From Vicugna vicugna (Eukaryota): DNA of 64,000 nucleotides. Every line of letters begins with the position of its first letter. Positions within the stretch are counted from its first letter, which is position 1. The notes beneath the pieces were generated by a model that was given only the letters and a program-made list of their open reading frames with translations, did no database searches and was not told the origin of the DNA. The stretch is taken from contig MU058636.1 of NCBI GenBank assembly GCA_013265495.1, forward strand, positions 7,704,295 through 7,768,294. Reading direction: 5' to 3'. A program made the translations under genes and the position numbers. Shown piece after piece: positions 13,121 through 23,415 of the stretch.

Positions 13121-15924
13121 ATCCCTTGTGTACGCTTGCATTCTCAATACCAAAAGAAGTTCCTGGCACACAGTAGGTGCCCAGTAAATATTTGCTGAAA
13201 AGTGATGAAGTGAATACACAAACAGGAAGGGACAATAAAGCTCTATGGTTTTATGTTTAGTTCTGATTCTCAGCCAAGAGCCTTTCCATGATTCCAAACT
13301 CTGCTTACTTACAGCTTAACTGTAGAAGACAGAGAGTTTCTTAGAGAGACAATAGCAATCATCACTTCACTTTCATTCTAAATATGTTCTAAGAAATACT
13401 TATACAGACACCCAGCATAAATAAATATCATGTTAATATTTAAAAGATGTAAAAATGTAAACTAAAATGTTTAGTCATATTTATTATTTTGTGAAACATC
13501 CTAACAACTGCAACAATATTAATATAATAATATAAATAATTTACAAATTAGCATTAAAACTTAACATGGTAAGGTATTATATGAAAGAATATGTTCATTC
13601 AAACTTTTAAAAAGTTCTACAAATAAGTTAAACAAATCAAAGATATTAGTAGGGGCCAGATCGAGGGTATCTTACAGGTGTATCTAGAAAGCCACTAAGG
13701 AAATCAGATTCTGTGGGGCTTTGCCTATTTCTGTTCTGAAAATCAGTTAACGTTTAATAATAGGAAAATAACTCCTATTTATATATGTAGAATAAAATGA
13801 ATTTCAATTTTAAAGTTGTAAGCTTTTTCCAAAGATAACATGCAGTGCACATTTTCCCTCGCAAAGGAACATAACGCTGTTCAGAGAAAAAGAAAAAGTT
13901 GTTGTGCGGTATTTTTATATAACTCAGATCCCTCTCTCTCCCCAAAGGTGCACTTTCAAAGTGGAAAAAGAAGAGGGGGTGATTTATGGCTTATAGGAAA
14001 AAAATAATTAAAAAAAGGGTTTTTTTGATTTAAATCAAAATTTAAGTGGATATATTGAAATCAGTTCCCACCCTGAAACTCCCTTAGAATACGCAGCTGC
14101 AGATTATTACTTTACTCAACTGGGTTAGAAGTTGCCTTTTATCGGTCACATAGAAATCACTGCTACTGTTGAGCTGACAGATGGTTGATCATTAACAGAT
14201 TGCAGTTTATTCGAAGGAGAGAGGCCTGTCACACCCCAGCGTATCTGGGGGACACTCCCAGCTCTGTTCCTCCCAGCGTCAGAAGCTCCCCTCCTTTATT
14301 TCTCCCAGTGGGATCCAATTCTTTTGCAGTGTTTTTTTCCTCACCACTGCTTTGGTCTTTGCTTGAAATCAACAGATCTTCAATCTGATTTCTGAAGTTT
14401 TCATATTGCTTATTCCTCTTGGCTTACCAACAAAACAAAAAATAATTTTTTTTCTGTATTTCTTCAGTACGAGGATCCAAAGCCAGCTTCCTACAAAACC
14501 AAGACAACTTAAAAATGATTCAGTTCTAATGGGATAAAATATTGACTGTGGATTCAAAGTGAACAAACAGAGACAAAGAAAATATCTATTATTTTCATCA
14601 CCTCGGATATTGCTCAGAGTATTCCCTTATTTCCAAATCCCATTTATAAAGTACACATGACTTCATCACTATTTACTTGAACTTGTTTTCATTAGGTAAC
14701 TAAGTTTCCTGATGACTCTCCCAAAGGACGGGCAAAGTGACACGTTTGGACTGATCTCTCTAGCTCCCCAATTTCCTTTCTCTCCCTCCAGCCTGAGTGA
14801 CAAACTCTCCACGCCTCTTCTTTTTAGCACCTGTTTCTCCCATCTTCAGTAAAAATTTGTAATTTGTTCTAAATGAATTCTCTTTGATTTGAAAGCCAAA
14901 ATAACCCACACCTCTAGCTGTATATCTTCTATATTCGTTGTTTAACGGTGAAGGTTTCTCTCAGAAAATTTCTACTTAAAAAAACTTACGGTCTTAATAA
15001 TGTTCCCAGTGTTATCCCCAGCACAGCCCTAAAATTTTTATTGGTGTTCGTGCTTTATCAAGTAAATTAATATATGAAGGAAAGGGCTATGGAATCTATT
15101 AAAAAATAATCCTACTCAATTAAGGAAACTAGTGAGAGAAATTATTTGTTTCCAATAATATCAAGAAGCAGAATTGTGAGCACACTCATGCATAAATTGA
15201 CTCTTCTTATCTTCTGGAAAGCAGAAGTTCCTTCCTACAAATAAAGTGTCCCCTCAGTCAGGAAGCAAGATACTAAACAACAGCTCCCCAGTAAGGACGG
15301 CTCTCGGGTGCTGATGAAATAAATACTGGTGGAGAGATGAAAATTCCACAAACACTAGTATGAGTCTGAGAGGTGAGTTCTCAAATGAGGGGAGGAGAGT
15401 ATGAATTTGGTCAGAAAATTCAATATATAATTTTACTGACAAAAATAAAGCTTAAGCTACAATCTATAGGAACTATTCTGTAAGTCCAGCATTCAGCAAA
15501 CCCAGGTAAAGAGTTATATCTATAATATTAAATGGCAAAAGTTTGATTAATTCACCAGGTAAATAAATTCCAACTTGATCTTTCAATTGTTCTGATTCTC
15601 TCTCTGGGTTATTGCCTGATCAGGGGAAGGGATGAGCTTTTCATTTTAACAAGAAAAAATGTAATTTCTGGATAAATTTTCCTTGATCATTCATAAATGG
15701 GTCTTCTTTATGAATCCCATGGTGAAGTCAACACTTCTCATAGAACCTACACTGAATGGGTTGTTTTGTGTCAATATTTATTGGTGCACTTTATCTCAAA
15801 TTATGGTATAAGAATAATTTAGGAGGAAGCTAGTCAAGATGAACATTCATTTGCAAACACAGCAGAATTAGACTGTCCATGATGCCTCAATGCTCTGTGA
15901 CTGTTCTCAACCAAATATTCTAAT

Positions 15925-16118
15925 CTGGCATTGACCAATATGGTAGCTGCTAGCTAGATGTGACTATGTAAATTAAATTAAATTAAAATTTTAATTCTTC
16001 AGTTGAACTGGCTATATTTCAAATGCTCAACAGCTACACTTGGCCACTCATTACTGTATTGGACAATGAAGATACAGAACATTTCTATCATTACAGAAAG
16101 TTCTACTGGATAATGCTG
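15925..16118. mobile_element. MER3/MER33-like hAT-Charlie MITE
   Basis: ccaatatggtagctgctagc...tttcaaatgctcaacagctacac...gaacatttctatcattacagaaagttctactgga. Confidence 0.75.
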
Positions 16119-17938
16119 TTGGTCTCATCCTGTAACTTAATAATTTACTTCTTTAATAATGATTTTTTCTTGTTAAGCAATTAACATTATTTACTATAAA
16201 AAATTTTAAAAGTATAGGAATAATTCATATATACCCAGGGGTGGAGACAGAGGGAAAAGTTGGTGGTCCCGGACAGGTATTAGAAGACTTCTATCATTAT
16301 GATGTCCAAAGTTAAACTTGTTCTTCACTTCCTTTTTCCTCTGAATCCAGTTAATCTGTCATTTTTTACTTCTGTTAACCCTACTATTCCCCATCAACCT
16401 GACCCAGAAGTTGCAAAATTATGTTTGCCTCCATCTTCTCCTTCAAACCCAACATATAGTGAGTGGCTAAGTCATGTAGGTTCCACGGTCATGGCGGCTT
16501 TATGGAGCCTCTTCTCCTTTCTGTGCCCACAGCATGGCCCTGGTTCAGGTCTTCATTTCTTCTGCAGCTGTTTCCTAACACACCTCCTACTCTCAAATCC
16601 TGGGCTGTTCACTGCTCCCAGATTGTTTTTCTATAAATATTCCAATGTTGTCATTTCTCTGTTCAAAAGTTTCACAGGAAACTCCTCACTCTGGTATTCA
16701 GGAAACTAGGTGACGTACCCCAATGTTCCTGATTGTCTACTGTCACCAAACAATCCTATGTCATAACCTCAAGTGGCACAGAACACCGGCATTGCCCTGA
16801 ACGTTTTGCAATTTCCTTCTCAGTGTCTTTACATGCAGTATTCTCTTCCTAAAATAATCTACCCAAACCCTGCTTATCAAACCTGGATTTAAACTTCAAG
16901 GCTAAACACAAAACTGCCATCTTAAAAAACCTTTCCTGATTTCCTTAATTAACTGAACATTTACTTGGACTTTAACCAGAACTTTCTCTGGACTTCTTAG
17001 ACAACAACCTCACTCCACCTTGTGGGGTAATCATTTGTTGTTTTCTTTTTCTATAAGACCGAACTTTGAGTAAGACTATTAATTAAACAATTAAAATGTG
17101 TTGCACTCTTCATAAACAGGACACAATGCACTTCATATGGACACAGTGGTTTTGACTGTTGACTAGGCAAAAGTTTCATTAGTGATAAAAAAAATAATTC
17201 TGGTTGTAAGGACAAAAACACTAAGCTGCCTCATTAATATATAATAAAATATATTAGGTGCTAAAAAAGAACACATATACATGCAGGCAACTTTATGACT
17301 CGTAGTTACAAGGAAAAGTTATATGTATTTGAGATATTTTTTGTCCAGATAGAATTTTCATGAGTGATGACTATATAAATTCCTTAGTTCTGATAGTAAT
17401 TGAAAAGGCATAACAAGTCTGCGACAAGATTCGTATTTTTTTTTGTCTTTTGCATGAAAATTTTTTTTCTAAAAATCTAAGTTTAGAATGGGAACTAATA
17501 TAATTTGTTGTGGACATTTATAAATGAGAAATAAAAGGATTGAGGCAATGCAAAACACATTTTACAAATATTCTGTGATTTACTGGCAGTAGGATTTAAT
17601 TAATAAAAAATTAACATGCAGAAAATATTAATAAATGGTTGCTGGAGTTAAGAGGACATGAGCCTGTTCTCAGGTACGGTATTCAACTAAAGTCACAAGC
17701 AAGTAATGTGATGATTCCATAATGTTTTAAATTAGAGACTGAGATCATTAGAGGTAAATGTAAAACACAGGAAATTGTTTTATAGAATTAACTGTGTCAT
17801 AGAATTGATGGTACAATAATTGATCTTCACAGAAAAACTGGTATAAACAGAACTAGAAATTTAAAAAGATATAACCAATAAATGACAGCTGACTTTAATG
17901 ATGCAATAACCTCATATCAACATGAGTCATCAGCAGAT

Positions 17939-18153
17939 ACTGATTACTGTATATATAAAACAAATAAACAAGTTTCTTCTATGTAGTGCAGGGAACTATA
18001 TTCAGTATCTTGTAGTAACTTCTAGTGAAAAATAATTTGAAAACAAATATATGTATGTATATGTATGACTGAAACATTGTGCTGTACACCAGAATTTGAC
18101 ACAACATTGTAAACTGACTATACTTCAATTTAAAAAACCTACCCCCCCCCAAT
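17939..18153 (+). mobile_element. Short LINE-1 3'-end insertion
   Basis: Similar to the 3' end of the 6.6-8.4 kb L1 (gaactatattcagtatcttgta...ctgactatacttcaa); TSD ATCAGCAGAT at 17929-17938 and 18154-18163. Confidence 0.88.
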
Positions 18154-21100
18154 ATCAGCAGATGAATTTTAGACCTAGGAAAAGATTGTATAAAATCCAT
18201 GTTCTTGATTTCCTTAATAATAGACTGATTTCAGTAAAGATCTGGCAACTTAAAACTTTTCAAATTATTTAAACCATTGAGCTCCACTGTCCAACTGAAA
18301 CTTATTTTTCCCTTGGTGCAGAATCTTGGGAAGGTTACTGCCAGAGTCCTTAAGTCTGCAGTGACAGGGATCTAACTTTAACAATGCACCTCTAGGTGAG
18401 CACATTGCTGGGGACTGACTCATGGTAACCAAAGTCTTCAGAAACACCTTGCTCTCACCCATGTTCCTGGGAGATTGGCTTCTTCATGAAACAGGTGCTG
18501 TGGAGTCTGCCCCAGAACCGGGAGAGACAGTCTTGAGAGGTACTTTGGGACATCACAGTTTATTGCTCTCCCTTGGGAGATTTGGGATAAACACTGCTGA
18601 AAATTCTTGTTCTTTGGGTTCCCCTTTTCTAGGATAAATCTACCTTGCAAAAACAATTTTTTAAAAACTCTAATCACCTTTATTATCAGATCCGGATACT
18701 GATTCCAAACCTCTGCAGCAACAGGTATTCCTTTTCTCTAAGTTCTAGCCACTCCCTGTTTATATATCTGTGTCCCCCAGGGTGAAATAAACACTCATTA
18801 CGCTGCACCTTATATAACTTTGCCTGCACAAAAAGCTCTTTGAGAGCAGGGATCCTTTTTAATTGTTGTCCCATATCCATTTACTGTCTGATACAAGATC
18901 GATGCTCAAAAAATACTTACAAAAGGAGTGAATGAACAGTAGATGTTGGTTACCTCATGTATGTATTCAAACTATTTTCATTCACAGAAAGTGACTTCAC
19001 AAACCTTAATGAAAACTTACTTCACCTGTCATGTACTAAGGGCACCTCTTTGGACCACCCAAGGATATATGCTTCTTGAGGAGGTAAACTTTTGACTGCT
19101 TTTCAAACTGGACTCACTTGATCCTTTGGTCATCCTCCCTGGAGCTATGGGCTAAAACGTCACAAATTGCCCACCATCCCTAGCATCTGTCCCTCATCTT
19201 ACCACAGAGCTATGTTCTGAATCTAAATGTGTACCTAAGAATGGCAGACACATGTCCATGAACAGGCAAAATACATCCCTAAAACGACCCCTGTCCTTAA
19301 AAAAAAAATACTGGTTCTTCTAGTTTTTCATCTTTCTCAGCTCTATACTGAAAATCAACTTGATTTCATACAAATTAATGAAAACTGACATGTTTGAACA
19401 AGAGGTTAATTACTAGCTACAGTGAGCACATGGAATAGAAGTAATAACAGCTTCTGAAGTGCCAGGTAATTGCTGGCAAACAGAAAAGACTGTCTTTGAA
19501 TTGAAATTTGGAGGGGGGAGGAGTCAGTTTTAATAGGACTTTGGGGTTTTAAAAAATCCCTAGGAAAGATTTCAGCTGTCATCTTTATTATGGAAATTAA
19601 TCCTAGCATCAAAACTAGCTGAGGACTGAGTATCAGGCAGGAAGTGCTGACCAAGTAATTTTCTAACCTGAGAAAGTGTTATATTAGCATGTAAGTTACA
19701 CCAAATATTTTAGACATTAAAGATACATTATAAGATACATTATTAAAATACATTGTTTGCTTCTCAATATATTAGCAAACAGTTTATGTAAAACAAACTC
19801 AGATATTGAAAATCTACTCAACTTTGAATTCTAACCCTGATTTTGTTACACTAATAGTAAAATTATAATCATGAATCTCACTAAAACTGCATAATTTGTG
19901 AGAAAGTCCTTTCTATTCTCTTTGCTCCTGTTTTTCCTAATGAAAAGCCAAGTTTTCCATTTAAATTTTTTATAAAAATTGAGCACCTATTTATTAGTTG
20001 AGTTTGTTTTTGTGCCATAAATCATTACTTGTTCAAACATTTAGTGATTTTTTTTAATTCAGGAAAGCTCTAAGTGTTGCACAAGTTATATGAATATCTG
20101 AACTTATATGGACACACATATGAGACATACATAAATATCAGTTCATCTGAATTACTCTCCAATTTAAGACCTGACCAGAGGACTACTGCGATTGAATACT
20201 GAATTCTAAGGCAGCACAATAAAATCACAGGCCACAGTTTAACAACATGGATGGAGAGAGAATGATGGTAACATAGAATGATAATAGTTCACATGCATTA
20301 AGGCCATATTAGGCTGCAGCAATTCATATGAGAGAGAGTAGGGGAAACAGGTATGAAATAATTTGAGGATCCCGTCTGGTTAAGAGTTATTTTCTTTTTT
20401 GAAGGCATTTTTCAGACTAAAGGCAGTTGAGAAGCCACAGACATCTTAGTAGCCTCCTCTTCTGGTCCAGACAAGATTTAAGCCAGGTCACCCAACTTCA
20501 AAGGGCTGCCCCTGCGGAAGCCCAGCGCTACTCTTTCCCTGCTTGAGCTTCAATCTCAGAAAAGAGGATCAAAACGGCAGACTCCAGGAACAAACACTGC
20601 ACTGGCCTCTTTGTTTTGGAAGAAAGGCAAAGAGTACGAGATTTTCGGTCACTTTGTCGAGGAAACCACATCAGAAGGGATGTACAGAGGGTGAGGTCAC
20701 GTGAGTGCTGGGCAGTCCTGTCCCCGCCGAAGCAGCCCGGGCTCTCGGCCAGACTTGCTCGCGTCCCCAACGGAGTTCACTGCTGAGGCCATCAGTGTCC
20801 CCAGAAGATCACAACAGCGTCGCCAGGTTGGGGAGGGCTCCTGGAAAGGCTTCCAAAAGCGGCGTGAGGCTGAGGCTAGAGGAGGGCAGAAAAGCTCCTT
20901 CTCTCCACCAGATAGAGGTATCTTGCAAAATGGGGCGTCTGGTGCCTGCCTGCATCCGACCTGGCTGTTACCACAATCAAGATGTTACCAGAGCTCCTGT
21001 GTTGCCTTCATATTCAAAGGCACAGGAATTCCGGGGTGCAAAGGGATTGCTGCTTTCCAGTGAATTAAAGTTGCTGGTAAATTTATACAAATTAGTTTCA

Positions 21101-21789
21101 TATTGAACAAAATCCGTTTCTGCGCTCCTCCTGCACCCAGCACGGATTTCCAAGATGCTTCCCAACTTCCTCTTAACGTCTGACTCCAACAAACGCTTTC
21201 ATCCCCACTTTCTGTTGAAATACTTCAATTTTCCCATTAAAGTAATGCATACCCAGATCGATGGGTGAACACGTTAATAAAGAACACCTAAGAGATTTTT
21301 GGCAGGTAAGATTAACAACCATTTCCATTCAAAATAAGGAAGAAAGCAGTAACTAACCATTTCTTAAAATGGCCCTTTGGATGGTTTCGGGGGTCTGCTT
21401 CAGAAATTTAGGGATGGGTGTTAACAAAAATAGAAACAGACAAAAGCAGAAATGTATATGCGATGTGTGTGTGTACATAACATTTAATACTTTTTAAAAA
21501 ACTCGACTTGCCAGTTACCTCTGCAGGCGCCAGAGCTCCCTAATTTCCAAGGACCCTTTCTTCCCTTACCCCTTCTCTACCCTCACCTCTACCTCCATGT
21601 TAAAGCTCCTGGTTTCTCCCTGCACCCCGCCCTGCTTGCTCCCTACCTGATGCACCCCGGATCCAAGGATTTCCCTCCTCACGTGCCAGCCCACCTGCCC
21701 AGCCCCCAGTTCCAAGCCTCACCACTGTCCCACTCAACGTCCCAGTCCCCATCGCTGCCACCTGCGTTCCTTCCTCTTCCTGGGTCACT

Positions 21790-22745
21790 ATCTCGGCGTT
21801 CCTGGACCTGCTCCACACCGTGGCTGCTGGAACCCGTCGGGGAAGACCTCTCGTGGGGACTGCGAGCACCACGTGCGACCCTAAAACTCCAGATCTCCTC
21901 TCCCGCCCTACCGGGCCACATGCACCAGAACCCAGGCGGGCCACCCAAAATGAGCGAGGACACGGCGTCACCACGGATTAGGAGGCTCCAGCTCAAACTA
22001 GGGGCCAACCCGCTGCTACTTGTCCTCCTTCTGGGAGGAGGTGGAGGTGTGTGAGCCGGGGAAGGGTTGCGAGCCGCGCCCTTCGGCGGGCGCCGTCAAG
22101 GTGCCGCGGCCTGCGCTGCCCCGAGGGCGCCGCGTAGCTCTCCCGAGCCAAGGTTCTCAGGAGCGGGCCGCGGAAAAGACGTTAGCGGGAGGAGTTAGCG
22201 GCTGTTGGGAGAACGGGTTCAAGGAAACAGTCCCTTCCAAACCCCGGCCATCGCGGGGTGGGCCGCCTTCCTCCCTCCCAGGCCGGAGACGCCTGCCACA
22301 AGGGGCGCGTGTGCCCACGGCGACCGCCCGCCCGGGCATGCCCGGGCAGGGCCGCGCAGGAGGAGACGGGGGCCGCCGGTTGGCGGTGCATCGGCCCGGA
22401 GCGTGTCAGGTGAGGGGGTCGCCATAGCGATGCGGCCCCGTAGCCCGCGCGCCTGCAGCGGTCGGCATGGAAACGGCCCCCAGCGGGGACCAGGAGCGCC
22501 GCTGATTGGTCGATTCAACAGACGCGGGCGGGGCAGGGGTTGAAAGTAATCAGCGCTGAGCGCCGGGCAGCCACTGCTGGGAGCCCGGCGCCCCGGCTGG
22601 AATCTATTAACACCTCGGTCCCCTTCCGCCCCGCCCCCGCCCCGCCCCCTCAGGCGGCCCCTCACTCCCAATCCTCGTGTGCGCTTGCTAATTGTTCCAG
22701 ACAAACATCAAGATATAAGGCCGAGAAGAGCGAGGCCCGCTGTGG
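21790..22745 (+). promoter_or_regulatory. CpG island / TATA-less promoter of CCNA1
   Basis: Dense CpG and high GC directly upstream of the first coding exon. GC boxes at ~22526 and 22625-22648, inverted CCAAT (ATTGG 22505-22509), CCAAT ~22668, X-box-like motifs at 22311, 22418 and 22461. Confidence 0.9.
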
Positions 22746-23250
22746 GTTCCAAGCAGGTTTTGGGGTCCTCTGTCTTGTGGGAGGAGGGCCGTGGAAGAGA
22801 ACTCAGCTTGTCACTTCGGAAGGGGGCGTACTTTCCCACAGTGATGTATCTTGGGTCATATGTTTGCAGGCAGGAGGATGGTAGGGTGTCAGATAAGCAT
22901 CATAGCCGGGAAAGTCACAGGCTTGTAGGTTTGGTCTCCCCGTTAACCTAGGGCTTTAGTGTCCTGGCTTTGACGTTTGTCTGATGTCTCTCTCCTTCCA
23001 GCCGTTCCATACCCAGGTCTTGGAAGAAAGCCTGGGGAGATTCAAATCACTGTTTTGGTTCAAAGCAGCTTTGATCGCTTGTACGGTGGCTCATGCCCTT
23101 TCAGCCCTAATAACTGTAGGAAAAGCTATATGTCTCTGCTCTCTCTTCTAGGGATTCGCTGCATCTTTGGAGCCTTCAGTGGAAGACTCTGACTAACCGG
23201 CTTGTCTGTTTCTCCTTCCCCGAGAGCAGCAGCCTGTGGAGACTGAGGCT

Positions 23251-23415
23251 ATGCATCTCAGCAGCTCCAAGAGCGGAGCAGTGCTGGGTCCAGATTCCCA
23301 AGGTCCTGATGCCTGTCAAATGATAACCAGAGCCCAGCTCGGCCAGGATCCGCCACAAAGAACAGTACTAGGGGTGCTGACTGAGAATGGGCAGTACAGG
23401 AGGACCTGTGGCCAG
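23251..23415 (+). CDS. CCNA1: CCNA1 exon 2 coding part (start codon, destruction box)
   Basis: ATG at 23251; [55 protein letters not shown]; donor CAG|GTAATG; upstream branch point GACTAAC (23191-23197), pyrimidine tract and tandem AG acceptors at 23223-23232. Confidence 0.93.

Noticed and set aside
1..21000. Coding exons of SPART or another neighbouring gene
   Set aside because: No spartin-like or other recognisable peptide found in any frame; the neighbour's coding sequence presumably lies outside the window.
21600..22884. Many overlapping 100-160 aa ORFs on both strands
   Set aside because: Expected from stop-codon scarcity in a CpG island; no recognisable protein. Only the 22338-22409 segment is kept as a hypothesis.
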